From positions 64,230 to 128,229 of the forward strand of contig PTKS01000005.1 of the NCBI GenBank assembly GCA_002937855.1: DNA of 64,000 nucleotides. The letters run 5' to 3'. Source of the stretch: Alphaproteobacteria bacterium MarineAlpha5_Bin12. GTDB lineage: Bacteria > Pseudomonadota > Alphaproteobacteria > HIMB59 > GCA-002718135. Below the pieces are notes generated by a model that saw nothing but the letters and a program-made list of their open reading frames with translations, did not search any database and had not been told where the DNA came from. The first letter of the stretch is position 1; every line of letters starts with the position of its first letter. Positions 32,984-43,397 of the stretch are shown in pieces. The position numbers and the translations under genes were made by a program.

Positions 32984-33619
32984 TTACGATAATAACATTA
33001 ATAAAAATAAAACTACCCAAACTACTAGTAAAAAATGCCAATAGATCGCACATAATTCAACAGAATGTTGAACTTTTTTTATTACGACTTCTTGAGGTAC
33101 CCATACTTTTTTTATTGTCATATTTAAATATATTAACCCGCCCAGTAGATGCAATCCGTGCAAAGTAGTAAATAAATAAAAATATGCATTTGCCGGATTT
33201 GTTGATACAAAATATCCTAAATCAATCATCTGTTTCCAAACTAATAATTGTCCAAATAAAAAAATAAAAGATAATATACCAATTAACAAAAATCTTTTTT
33301 TAACTAATTCAAAATTTTTCTTCTTTGACTCAAATTGTGCACTGATAAAAACAATACTGGTGATAATTAGAGTAAGAGTATTAAACCATAGCAAAAAGGG
33401 TTCATGCATTCTTTGCCAATCCGGATAAACCATTCTATCAGCATAAGTAACAATGAATAAACAAAAGAATATTGTACTTACAGTCATAATAAACCTTAGA
33501 CCTAACTTACCTTTAGACAAATTCAAAGTTTGACCCTCATGTAGATCATCTAATTTTGCCTGATCTGGATCCCAAGGCTTTTGAGTTAAAAGTTTAAATA
33601 TACTTTCTTTTTTTTTCAC
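32984..33619 (-). CDS. Cytochrome c oxidase subunit III-like protein (second copy, CoxO-like)
   Basis: 211 aa. TLHGLHLLGG and YWHFLLVVWV motifs. 4-nt overlap with subunit I. Confidence 0.7.
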   Translation of the reverse strand: MKKKESIFKLLTQKPWDPDQAKLDDLHEGQTLNLSKGKLGLRFIMTVSTIFFCLFIVTYADRMVYPDWQRMHEPFLLWFNTLTLIITSIVFISAQFESKKKNFELVKKRFLLIGILSFIFLFGQLLVWKQMIDLGYFVSTNPANAYFYLFTTLHGLHLLGGLIYLNMTIKKVWVPQEVVIKKVQHSVELCAIYWHFLLVVWVVLFLLMLLS

Positions 33620-35406
33620 GTTTGCTCAGCCTTTGCCTCTGGCACTTCATTAGGAGCTACATTCTGAGGAATAAAATCTTCTTTAGCTCCTGGTACACTA
33701 AAGTCATAGGCCCATCTATAAACTACTGGTAGCTCTTTACCAAAATTACCATGACCAGGAGGAACATCTGGTGTTTGCCATTCCAAAGAGCAGGCTTGCC
33801 AAGGATTTTTTCCTGCGAGCTTTCCAAATTTGGAACTAACTATAATATTATATAAAAATACTATTTGAGCAAAACCGACAGTTAAAGCAGCAATAGTAAT
33901 AAATTGATTTAAACCTTCAGCTGAAGTTGGAATAAATTCACTATTGTACATCTCATAATATCTTCTAGGAACTCCGATAAATCCAAGATAGTGCATTGGA
34001 AAATAAATTGCATAGGATCCTAAAAAACTTACCCAAAAATGAAACTGTCCCATACCTTCATGTAAGTAACGTCCTGTTATTAGAGGGAACCAGTGATATA
34101 TTGCTCCAAAAACTACCAATACAGGCGCTATTCCCATTACCATATGAAAATGTGCTACAACAAAGTATGTATCAGAAAGAGGAACATCTACGATTACATT
34201 CCCTAAGAATAGACCTGTAATTCCACCATTAACAAAAGTAACTATAAATGCCAATGCAAACAACATAGGTAAAGTAAGTCTAATATTACCTCTCCATAAT
34301 GTTAAAACCCAATTGTAAACTTTTATAGCAGTTGGAACAGCAATGATAAGTGTAGTAGTTGCAAAAAAGAATCCAAACCAAGGATTCATTCCACTGACGT
34401 ACATATGATGGGCCCAAACAATAAAACTAAGAGCTCCAATGAAAACAATCGCCCATACCATCATTCGATAACCAAAAATATTTTTTCTTGCGTGAACAGA
34501 AATTAGGTCCGATACAATTCCAAAAGCTGGTAGTGCAACAATATAAACTTCAGGATGTCCAAAAAACCAAAAAAGATGTTGAAATAAAATAGGGCTACCT
34601 CCTCCGTATTCTAATTTTTCTCCTAATTCTACCATAGTAGGCATAAAAAAACTTGTTCCAAGCAAGCTATCAAGAGTCATCATTATGCATGATACAATTA
34701 AAGCAGGAAATGCAAAAAGCGCTAGAACTGTCGCAGTGAAAATTCCCCAGACAGTTAAAGGCATTCTCATTAGAGTCATTCCTCTTGTTCTTGCTTGTAA
34801 AATTGTGATCACATAATTTAATCCGCCCATAGTAAAGCCTACTACGAAAACTGAAAGAGATATCAGCATTAAAACTATACCCCAGCCGCTTCCAGGTGTT
34901 CCTTGGGTTATTGCTTGTGGGGGATAAAGAGTCCATCCAGCGCCCGTTGGACCTCCAGGGACAAAAAAACTAGCAACTAATATTAATACCGCTAGAAAAT
35001 AAATCCAGAAACTAATCATATTTACATAAGGAAATACCATATCCCTTGCACCGACCATCAGAGGAATTAAAAAATTTCCAAAACCTCCAAGAAACAATGC
35101 TGTTAAAAGATATATAACCATAATCATACCATGCATTGTGACAAACTGATAATATTCAGCGGGCCCTAAGAAAGAAAAAGTTTCTGGGAATCCAAGTTGT
35201 AATCTCATCATCCAGGATAAAACCATTGCTACTAATCCGATTGCAATCGCTGTTAAAGAATACTGAATGCCTATGACTTTTGCATCTTGGCAAAAGATCC
35301 ATCTAGTTATAAAACTATTTGCGTGATATAAATCTTGAGGCTTAACCTCTAAATCAGGGACGGAATTACTTTTATTTACTGCTTCATCTAAATTATCAGG
35401 AACCAT
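33616..35406 (-). CDS. Cytochrome c oxidase subunit I (heme-copper oxidase catalytic subunit)
   Basis: 596 aa. Motifs WFFGHPEVYI, HHMY and VAHFHMV with 12+ TM helices. Confidence 0.97.
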   Translation of the reverse strand: MVPDNLDEAVNKSNSVPDLEVKPQDLYHANSFITRWIFCQDAKVIGIQYSLTAIAIGLVAMVLSWMMRLQLGFPETFSFLGPAEYYQFVTMHGMIMVIYLLTALFLGGFGNFLIPLMVGARDMVFPYVNMISFWIYFLAVLILVASFFVPGGPTGAGWTLYPPQAITQGTPGSGWGIVLMLISLSVFVVGFTMGGLNYVITILQARTRGMTLMRMPLTVWGIFTATVLALFAFPALIVSCIMMTLDSLLGTSFFMPTMVELGEKLEYGGGSPILFQHLFWFFGHPEVYIVALPAFGIVSDLISVHARKNIFGYRMMVWAIVFIGALSFIVWAHHMYVSGMNPWFGFFFATTTLIIAVPTAIKVYNWVLTLWRGNIRLTLPMLFALAFIVTFVNGGITGLFLGNVIVDVPLSDTYFVVAHFHMVMGIAPVLVVFGAIYHWFPLITGRYLHEGMGQFHFWVSFLGSYAIYFPMHYLGFIGVPRRYYEMYNSEFIPTSAEGLNQFITIAALTVGFAQIVFLYNIIVSSKFGKLAGKNPWQACSLEWQTPDVPPGHGNFGKELPVVYRWAYDFSVPGAKEDFIPQNVAPNEVPEAKAEQT

Positions 35407-35480
35407 TAATTAATCTCCTCGTTATTAATATAGTTAATTTTATCTAGGATTAAAATAATATTTGCAAAGTTTTTAATCAT

Positions 35481-36311
35481 TTATTTAGCTACTATTTCAA
35501 TTTCTTTATTATCATTATTTCTTGCCATCATTTCTTCAAATGTTTCTTGTTCCTGAAGCCATGCTTGATAATCCTCTTGTTCATCTACTGATACCCAACC
35601 TCTCATAGCATAGTGGCCTGTACCACAATACTCTGCACATAAAATTTCAAAATATCCTGTACGAGTTGGTGTGAACCAATAATATGTAACTGAGCCTGGG
35701 ACCATATCCATTTTTGCTCTAAATTGAGGTACATAAAAATTATGAAGAACATCTATTGATCTTAGAAGTACTTTTGTTGGCCTATCAATTAATAAGTGAA
35801 TGTCATCACCATCAATCAAAACATCATCTTGACCATTTGGGTCGTTTGGATTTATACCGAAAGGATTATCATCAGTAATATTCATAATATCAGATGTTCC
35901 TAGCTTATTGTCTTCTCCTGGCAAACGATAACTGAAGTACCATTGCTGAGCCATAACTTCGATTTCATAAGCATCTTTAGGAACAGTTACATATTGATTC
36001 CATACAACTAGACCAGGTGCTAACAAAGCCGCTACACCTAAAGCTGTTAATATAGTCAACCACCATTCCAATTTCGGGTTTTCAGGTTCATAGTCTGCTC
36101 TTCTATTTTTTTGATAACGAAATTTCCATACACAGTATGCACTAAATAAACATATTGCTACAAAAACTGATCCAGTAACCCAAAATGTTAAAATAATAGT
36201 ATCATCAATATTACCCCAATTTGATGCAACTTCCGTCCACCACCATGGACTAAAAAAATGAAAAAGTATTGAGCCAACCGTAACCAAAGTAAGCATTATT
36301 GCTACAAACAT
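35481..36311 (-). CDS. Cytochrome c oxidase subunit II (CuA domain, no fused cytochrome c)
   Basis: 276 aa with two N-terminal TM segments. DVLHNFYVP and CAEYCGTGHYAM form a complete CuA site. Confidence 0.9.
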   Translation of the reverse strand: MFVAIMLTLVTVGSILFHFFSPWWWTEVASNWGNIDDTIILTFWVTGSVFVAICLFSAYCVWKFRYQKNRRADYEPENPKLEWWLTILTALGVAALLAPGLVVWNQYVTVPKDAYEIEVMAQQWYFSYRLPGEDNKLGTSDIMNITDDNPFGINPNDPNGQDDVLIDGDDIHLLIDRPTKVLLRSIDVLHNFYVPQFRAKMDMVPGSVTYYWFTPTRTGYFEILCAEYCGTGHYAMRGWVSVDEQEDYQAWLQEQETFEEMMARNNDNKEIEIVAK

Positions 36312-36495
36312 CTTTTTTTCCTATCGAAATGAAAATTTATATTCTTCTACATTTTTTGTTAATCTAACACAATTAATTTATTATACATAAGAGGCTTTTT
36401 TTTGTAGATATTTTTAAATTGACTTATTGAAAAAAATTACTATTTTTACCGTATACTTACATAAAAATTATTAAAAAAAATTAGGACTAATTTAA

Positions 36496-36921
36496 ATGAA
36501 AATAATACTTATCTTTTTTACCCTTATTTTACCAACTTCTTTGTTGGCAGAAGATGTAACTATAGAAATGCTCAACAAATTAGATGGTGAAAATATGGTA
36601 TTTTCGAAAAAAATTGTAAAAATCGATGTTGGGGATACTGTTTTTTGGAAATCTACAGACCCAGGACATAATGTAGAGTTTATCAAAAAAGGAGTTCCTG
36701 AAGGTGTGGAAAAATTTAAATCTAAGGTCGGAAAAGATACAGAGTATAATTTTACCATTCCTGGAATTTATGCATATTGGTGCACACCGCACAAAAGTAT
36801 GGGCATGATAGGTTTTGTGATAGTAGGCAATGATTTGTCAAATATTGAATCAATAAATAAGTTAAAATATATTGGCGCTTCAAAAAAAGTAGCGCAAAAA
36901 TTATTACCTGAACTAAAATAA
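36496..36921 (+). CDS. Pseudoazurin-like blue (type 1) copper protein
   Basis: 141 aa with signal peptide. GHNVE and YWCTPHKSMGM supply the His, Cys, His and Met type 1 copper ligands. Divergent from the oxidase operon. Confidence 0.8.
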   Translation: MKIILIFFTLILPTSLLAEDVTIEMLNKLDGENMVFSKKIVKIDVGDTVFWKSTDPGHNVEFIKKGVPEGVEKFKSKVGKDTEYNFTIPGIYAYWCTPHKSMGMIGFVIVGNDLSNIESINKLKYIGASKKVAQKLLPELK

Positions 36922-36961
36922 TTTTTAACATTTTTCATTACATTAGTTTATTATTTAATAA

Positions 36962-37531
36962 ATGAAAAATTTTAGTTTTAGAAATAAAACCACAACTTAT
37001 TTTATTTTTAATATTTTATTAATTTTGCTATTATTATTAATCTCATATCCTTTGTATAGAGCAATTTCCTTTTTTAGTAACTATACTGGAATGAATAAAT
37101 TGGGTGATAATGAATTTGTAAAAAATAGTATCATCCTTGAAACAAAAAATAACGATCCAATAATTTTAGACAGGACTCTTAATATAGTTTTTAAAGCTGA
37201 GGTTGATGAAAATTTAAATTGGAATTTTGAAGCTTTGGAAAAGAATGCAGAAATTAAGATTGGAGAAAATAAAATTGTAAAGTATAAAGGTACAAATATT
37301 TCAAATAATACTATTACATCAACAGCTGATTTTAAAACAAATCCAGAAAATGCTTTTCCTTATTTAATTAAAACTGAATGCTTTTGTTTTCAAGAACAAA
37401 CTTTAGACCCAGGCGAAAGTGAAATTTTTACAATGATTTTTTATATTGATCCTTCATTAGATAATGACTCTAAATTTGATGAACTAAAAGAAGTGGTATT
37501 TACATATAAGTTTTCAGAAATAAAGAGTTAA
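36962..37531 (+). CDS. ctaG: Cytochrome c oxidase assembly protein CtaG/Cox11
   Basis: 189 aa with N-terminal TM anchor. The KTECFCFQEQTL motif is the Cox11 CFCF copper site. Confidence 0.85.
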   Translation: MKNFSFRNKTTTYFIFNILLILLLLLISYPLYRAISFFSNYTGMNKLGDNEFVKNSIILETKNNDPIILDRTLNIVFKAEVDENLNWNFEALEKNAEIKIGENKIVKYKGTNISNNTITSTADFKTNPENAFPYLIKTECFCFQEQTLDPGESEIFTMIFYIDPSLDNDSKFDELKEVVFTYKFSEIKS

Positions 37532-37589
37532 TTAGATTTTTTTTATATTTGTTTTTTATTAAGGGCATCTAATATATAATCCTTGGTAT

Positions 37590-38966
37590 ATGGAATATTT
37601 CAGTACAAGAAACTCAAATCTCAATAAAAATTTTAGAGATATCGTTATGGAAGGTCTTTCAATTGATGGGGGGCTTTATATGCCAAGGGAGTGGCCCAAA
37701 GTTACCTTACATTCTTTGAAAAACTTACAATATGATGAGGTGGCTTTTGAAGTTATTCATCCTTATTGTAATGAAAGTATTAGCGAAGAGTCTCTTAGAT
37801 CAATAATTAAAAACACATATAAATCATTTCACCATCTGAAAACTGCTCCACTGACATCTCTTGAAGGCAATAAATTAATATTGGAGCTTTTTTATGGTCC
37901 AACCTTTGCTTTTAAAGATTATGCGCTTCAATTTTTAGGAAATCTTTTTGAGCATTTTTTAAAAAATGAAAAAAAACAAATATCTATAATTGGTGCTACT
38001 TCAGGAGATACTGGCTCAGCAGCGATAGATGCATGTAAATTTAAAAAAAATATAAATCTATTTATGTTATTTCCTCATAATAAAATATCAGAAGTTCAAA
38101 GAAAACAAATGACAACAGTTATTGATAAAAATATACATTGCATAGCTGTAGAGGGTAATTTTGATGATTGTCAAAAAATAATAAAAAATTTGTTTGCTGA
38201 TAAGGATTTAAGAAAACAAACAAATCTTGCAGCTGTAAATTCAATTAATTGGGCCAGAATAATTGCTCAAACAGTTTATTATTATTGGGCAGCTTTACAA
38301 CTCACAAAAGATTTTTCAAAATTGAATTTTATAGTACCTTCTGGAAATTTTGGAAATATTTATGCCGCAAATGTAGCAAAAAAAATGGGCTTAAATATTG
38401 ATAAATTGTTCATTGCTACAAATTCCAATGACATATTACATAGAACAATATCAAAGGGAGATATGAGTATTCAAAAAGTTAAAAAAACTTATAGCCCAAG
38501 TATGGACATCCAAATATCAAGTAATTTTGAAAGACAGCTCTTTGAGTCAATGGATTATGATAGTGAAAAACTGAGCAATCTCATGGATGAATTTTTAAAT
38601 AAAGGAAGTTATGGTCTCAGTCGGGAAATTATAAAGAAATTAAAAAATTTATATATTTCCAATGTTGTGAGCGATCAAGATATCCTCAAAAATATAAAGT
38701 ACTATTATAATAAATACAAATATTTAGCAGATCCACACACTGCAACTGGATTAAGCTTATTAAAAAAAATCAAAGATACTTCAGTTCCACATATTAGTTT
38801 AGCCTGTGCCCATCCATCAAAGTTTTCCAGTGCTATTAAAAAAGCAATCGGAAAGGAGCCTCAATATCCTGATTCTCTGAAGAATATTTTTGAAAAAAAA
38901 GAAAAATTCACTATATTAAAAAATGATATAAAAAAAATTAAAAGCTATATTTTAAAATCAATTTAA
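37590..38966 (+). CDS. thrC: Threonine synthase (long form)
   Basis: 458 aa. MEYFSTR start, PTFAFKD (PLP lysine), ATSGDTGSAA and SGNFGN motifs. Confidence 0.9.
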   Translation: MEYFSTRNSNLNKNFRDIVMEGLSIDGGLYMPREWPKVTLHSLKNLQYDEVAFEVIHPYCNESISEESLRSIIKNTYKSFHHLKTAPLTSLEGNKLILELFYGPTFAFKDYALQFLGNLFEHFLKNEKKQISIIGATSGDTGSAAIDACKFKKNINLFMLFPHNKISEVQRKQMTTVIDKNIHCIAVEGNFDDCQKIIKNLFADKDLRKQTNLAAVNSINWARIIAQTVYYYWAALQLTKDFSKLNFIVPSGNFGNIYAANVAKKMGLNIDKLFIATNSNDILHRTISKGDMSIQKVKKTYSPSMDIQISSNFERQLFESMDYDSEKLSNLMDEFLNKGSYGLSREIIKKLKNLYISNVVSDQDILKNIKYYYNKYKYLADPHTATGLSLLKKIKDTSVPHISLACAHPSKFSSAIKKAIGKEPQYPDSLKNIFEKKEKFTILKNDIKKIKSYILKSI

Positions 38967-38968
38967 CT

Positions 38969-40222
38969 ATGCGAAAATTTTCAAAATTAGATAATGGTCT
39001 AAGAATCTTCACTCACTTCATGCCTGCAGTAGAATCAGTTACTTTTGGGGTTTTTAATGATGTGGGTAGCAGAGATGAAGATGAGAGTATTAATGGCACT
39101 GCACACTTTTTGGAGCACATGGCTTTTAAGGGAACTAAAACAAAGTCTGCTTTTCAGATTATGCAAACTATTGAAAAAGTGGGCGGATATATAAATGCAT
39201 ACACTTCAGAAGAAATAACAGCTTATTGGGTAAAATTATTAGCTGAAGATTTAAATACTGGAATAGAAATAATTTCTGATATTTTACAAAACTCAATATT
39301 TGAAGAAAAAGAATTAGAAAGGGAGAGAGGAGTCATCCTCCAAGAAATAGGGATGTACTTAGATGATCCTGGTCAAATGGTTGGAGATTACTGGCAAAGA
39401 ACAGCTTTTCCAAATCAACCAATAGGTAGATTAATATTAGGAAAAAAAGAAATAATTCAGTCAATTGAAAGAGAAAAAATAGTAAATTTTATGAAAAATA
39501 ATTACAATCCATCTAAAATGGTTGTTAGTGCTGCTGGAAAGATAGATCATGATAAATTTGTTGAAAAAATATCTAACTCTATGAAAAATCTTCCTAACGG
39601 GAAATCTCAGGATAGAATAAGTGCATCATATGTAGGAGGCGAGTACAGAGAAGATAAAAAATTAGAACAAGTTCATCTTGTTTTAGGATTTAAAGGATTA
39701 GATTATCATAGTGATGATTTTCACGCACTTGGAATTTATTCAGCAATTATGGGAGCAGGAGGATCATCTAGATTATTTCAAGAAATCAGAGAAAAAAGAG
39801 GGCTTGTATATAGTATATATGCAGGGATGGATTCTTTTTCTGACGGTGGAACCTTTCAAGTTGTTGCAGGCACTGGAAAAAATGAAATTAAAGAACTGCT
39901 ACCTGTTTTGTGTGATGAATTAATCAATTCACCAAAAAATTTATCTACTGAAGAAATAGAAAAAAGTAAAGCACAATTAAAAGCTAGCACACTTATGAGT
40001 ATAGAATCTACAAGAACAAATGCTGTGGTTGGTGCGTATCAATTAATACGATATGGAAAATTAATTGATATCAAAGAAAGAATAGAAAAAATAAATAATG
40101 TAACAAAAGAATCAATTGAAAAAGTAGCTAAAAAAATATTAACATCTAATCCCACAGTTGCATCCATAGGACCAGTAACTAATTTAGAGAGTATAGATAA
40201 GATAAAGTCTAGATTTAATTAA
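38969..40222 (+). CDS. M16 family zinc peptidase (pitrilysin/MPP-like)
   Basis: 417 aa. Inverted zinc motif HFLEHMAFKGT and downstream ERGVILQE. Confidence 0.85.
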   Translation: MRKFSKLDNGLRIFTHFMPAVESVTFGVFNDVGSRDEDESINGTAHFLEHMAFKGTKTKSAFQIMQTIEKVGGYINAYTSEEITAYWVKLLAEDLNTGIEIISDILQNSIFEEKELERERGVILQEIGMYLDDPGQMVGDYWQRTAFPNQPIGRLILGKKEIIQSIEREKIVNFMKNNYNPSKMVVSAAGKIDHDKFVEKISNSMKNLPNGKSQDRISASYVGGEYREDKKLEQVHLVLGFKGLDYHSDDFHALGIYSAIMGAGGSSRLFQEIREKRGLVYSIYAGMDSFSDGGTFQVVAGTGKNEIKELLPVLCDELINSPKNLSTEEIEKSKAQLKASTLMSIESTRTNAVVGAYQLIRYGKLIDIKERIEKINNVTKESIEKVAKKILTSNPTVASIGPVTNLESIDKIKSRFN

Positions 40223-40770
40223 GCGTTTCCAGATTTATTACTGATTGAATATGGGTTAACACCAATAATATTATAGGCCTTTTCCCATTTTCTAGAATTG
40301 TTTTCATCGAAAATAAAATGACTGTTAACAGCTGCTGTCATCCAACCATTTCGTGAAATTTCTTTTTCTAGTTGTCCTGGACCCCATCCAGTATAACCTA
40401 AGGCCAACATACTTATTTTTGGACCTTGACCTTTTGATAAGTCATCAAAAAAATCAGCTGTGCTTGTTAGTGCGACTCCACTGTCTATTACTAGTGATTC
40501 ATCTTTTACAAAATCGTCTGTGTGAAGAATAAATCCTCTGCTTGTTTCAACGGGTCCTCCATAATGAAAATATATTTTTTTATTTTTTACAGACTTATCT
40601 ATACCAAGTTGACTCAACAGATTGGGGTACATATCTATTTCTAAAGTCTTATTTATTATGATTCCCATAGACCCTTCTTTTGAATGAGCACATAGATATA
40701 TTACAGACTTGTAGAAACGTTCATCTTGCATATTTGGCAAGGATACTAGAATTTGACCAGTTAAGTTCAT
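40219..40770 (-). CDS. YqgE/AlgH family protein (UPF0301)
   Basis: 183 aa. P.M.D..F..SVIYLC.H...G.MG.IINK N-terminus and GY.GWGPGQLE motif. Confidence 0.8.
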   Translation of the reverse strand: MNLTGQILVSLPNMQDERFYKSVIYLCAHSKEGSMGIIINKTLEIDMYPNLLSQLGIDKSVKNKKIYFHYGGPVETSRGFILHTDDFVKDESLVIDSGVALTSTADFFDDLSKGQGPKISMLALGYTGWGPGQLEKEISRNGWMTAAVNSHFIFDENNSRKWEKAYNIIGVNPYSISNKSGNA

Positions 40771-40850
40771 AGATTATATTAGTTCATAAAGTAATTAATG
40801 CCAAATAAAATTTGATTAAAGTTATATTAAACTAATATATAATAATAAAT

Positions 40851-42914
40851 ATGATTAAAAAAATCTTAATTACTTTTTTGCTTTTGCCGTTTTTCTTCTC
40901 TATTTCTGCTAATTCCTTAGAGTCAGAATGGCAATTTACTGAAAAAGCAAAGTTGAGAATTATATCTCCTTATTTAAATACTGGAGAAAATCATGAGATA
41001 ACTCTGGGTTTAGAATATAAATTAGAAGATGGCTGGAAGACCTATTGGAAATCTCCAGGTGCAGGAGGTTTTCCACAAACTATTGATTATTCTGAATCAA
41101 CAAATGTTAATAATTTGAAAATACTATGGCCAACACCACAATCTTTTTCTATTCTTGGATTACATTCATTGGGTTATGAAAATAATATAATTTTTCCAAT
41201 AACAATAAACATAGCAGATCTTTATCAACCGACCCTTTTAAAATTGAAAATTCACTTTTTAGTTTGCAAGGATATTTGTATACCTGGGGATGCAAACTTA
41301 AGTCTTTTTATACCTAATGGAAAAGAACAACTTTTCAGCAAGCATATAAACTCAATTGAAAAATACATTTCTTTATCTCCAATACAAGATGCAAAATCAT
41401 TAAATATTAGTGTTCAAAATCCCATCCTTTACAATGAAGAAAAAAAATCAATTTTTGAATTTGATGTGATACAAAAAAATCAATTTATTAACCCCCAAAT
41501 TCATCTTGATAGCTCTATGGGGCTCCCAGTGGAAAAACCAAAAATTAAATTTGATGAAAATCTCAAAAAATTAACTGCAACTTTTTTTTACGAAGATACA
41601 TTTATAGACTTGGATAAAAATGATATTGTTATTCATATCGCCGATACCCCTTTAGTATATGAAGAAAAAGTTAAATTTCAAACTAAAGATTTTAATGAAT
41701 ATTCAAATTCAAAAGACCATTTAGTCCAAATCATATTCATCGCTATTTTAGGTGGGTTAATTTTAAATATTATGCCTTGTGTTTTACCAGTTTTGTCTAT
41801 CAAGTTAATATCTGTTACACGTTATTCAGGCAAGGAAAACACAATGATTCGCCGAGGATTTTTAAGCACTGCATTGGGAATTATTGTATCATTTATTTTG
41901 CTTGGAGTTTTTTTACTTTTACTAAAAATCTCTGGCCAACAAATAGGATGGGGTATACAGTTTCAAGAGCCATTATTTTTAATGGCTATCGCATTAATTC
42001 TTTTATTATTTTCTTTTAATTTAATTGATTTGTTTGAAATACCCACTCCAAATTTAAAAATATTAGGATCATCAAACAACACATTATTTTCTGATTTTAT
42101 AACTGGCTTTTTTGCTACATTAATGGCCACACCCTGTTCGGCACCCTTTGTTGGGACAGCTGTAGCTTTCGCTTTTACCCAAAATTCATTTTTATTGATG
42201 CTTACATTCTTCTTTATGAGTCTAGGTATGTCATTACCATATTTGGTAATTGCAGCGTTCCCTGACTTAGTAAAATTTTTACCCAGTTCTGGAAACTGGA
42301 TGATTTGGGTTAGAAGAGCGATGTCTATTTTACTTTTTTTAACGTTTATATGGATATTATCCATTTTAAACAATCATTTTAATGATCTATTCATTGGATG
42401 GACAGTCTTATTAAGTTCTTTAATTTTATTGTTTTTAATTTTGAATAAAAAAAATATATTAAAAAATGGTCCCTCACTTATAACAATTTTATTTATTATA
42501 TTTATTTATTTTTTATCATCGTTTAACAATTTTTTTAACAAGAATTTTGAATCATCAAAAACTGATTGGAACAATTTTAACCAAACATTATTAGAAAATT
42601 TGATAAAAGAAGAAAAAATTGTTTTTATAGATATTACTGCTGATTGGTGTATTACTTGTCAGTATAACAAACAAAAAGTCATAAATACTAAGGAAATAAA
42701 AGATTTATTTGAAAAATTTGAGGTTGTTAAAATCAAGGGTGATTGGACCCTCCCGAATAAAGAAATAGAAGACTTCTTAAATAGTTATAACAAGTTTGGG
42801 ATACCATTTAACATAATATATGGTAAAAATTCAAAGGAGGGCATTATTTTTTCTGAATTATTAACAAAAAAAGAAATAAAAAATGCTCTAAATGAATTAA
42901 GGAATGATGAATGA
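40851..42914 (+). CDS. Thiol:disulfide interchange protein DsbD/ScsB-like
   Basis: 687 aa. Signal peptide, periplasmic N-domain, central TM domain with MPCVLPVLS and ATPCSAPF, C-terminal thioredoxin fold with WCITCQ. Confidence 0.8.
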   Translation: MIKKILITFLLLPFFFSISANSLESEWQFTEKAKLRIISPYLNTGENHEITLGLEYKLEDGWKTYWKSPGAGGFPQTIDYSESTNVNNLKILWPTPQSFSILGLHSLGYENNIIFPITINIADLYQPTLLKLKIHFLVCKDICIPGDANLSLFIPNGKEQLFSKHINSIEKYISLSPIQDAKSLNISVQNPILYNEEKKSIFEFDVIQKNQFINPQIHLDSSMGLPVEKPKIKFDENLKKLTATFFYEDTFIDLDKNDIVIHIADTPLVYEEKVKFQTKDFNEYSNSKDHLVQIIFIAILGGLILNIMPCVLPVLSIKLISVTRYSGKENTMIRRGFLSTALGIIVSFILLGVFLLLLKISGQQIGWGIQFQEPLFLMAIALILLLFSFNLIDLFEIPTPNLKILGSSNNTLFSDFITGFFATLMATPCSAPFVGTAVAFAFTQNSFLLMLTFFFMSLGMSLPYLVIAAFPDLVKFLPSSGNWMIWVRRAMSILLFLTFIWILSILNNHFNDLFIGWTVLLSSLILLFLILNKKNILKNGPSLITILFIIFIYFLSSFNNFFNKNFESSKTDWNNFNQTLLENLIKEEKIVFIDITADWCITCQYNKQKVINTKEIKDLFEKFEVVKIKGDWTLPNKEIEDFLNSYNKFGIPFNIIYGKNSKEGIIFSELLTKKEIKNALNELRNDE

Positions 42915-43390
42915 TTGATGTTATAAAAAATATGCCTGAAATAAAAATAAAGATTGTTGAAGATGGTAAAATTTCTGACTCATCTTCCACTGAGATTGGA
43001 AAAAACAAACGGATAATTATTTTTGGAGTTCCTGGCGCTTTCACATCTACTTGCTCAGAAAAACATTTACCTGGTTATATTGATATGGCGATTACTTTAA
43101 AATCAAAAGGAATAGAATCCATTTATTGTTTAGCTGTTAATGATCCATATGTGATGCAAGCTTGGCAGTCCCAGTACAAAGAGGGAAATAAAGTAAACAT
43201 GATTGCTGATGGAAATTCTGATCTAACAAAATCTTTAGAATTAGATAAAGATTATTCATCTTCTTTTATGGGTATTAGAAGTAAGCGTTTTTCATTGTTA
43301 GCTGATAATAATAAGATAAATGTCCTTAACATTGAAAAACCTGGTGAATTTAAAATCAGTTCTGCTGAATATATTATTAATCAAATTTAA
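42911..43390 (+). CDS. Peroxiredoxin (Prx5-like)
   Basis: 159 aa. The GVPGAFTSTCS peroxidatic Cys motif is typical of Prx5-type peroxiredoxins. 4-nt overlap with the dsbD-like gene. Confidence 0.85.
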   Translation: MIDVIKNMPEIKIKIVEDGKISDSSSTEIGKNKRIIIFGVPGAFTSTCSEKHLPGYIDMAITLKSKGIESIYCLAVNDPYVMQAWQSQYKEGNKVNMIADGNSDLTKSLELDKDYSSSFMGIRSKRFSLLADNNKINVLNIEKPGEFKISSAEYIINQI

Positions 43391-43397
43391 AAGGTAG

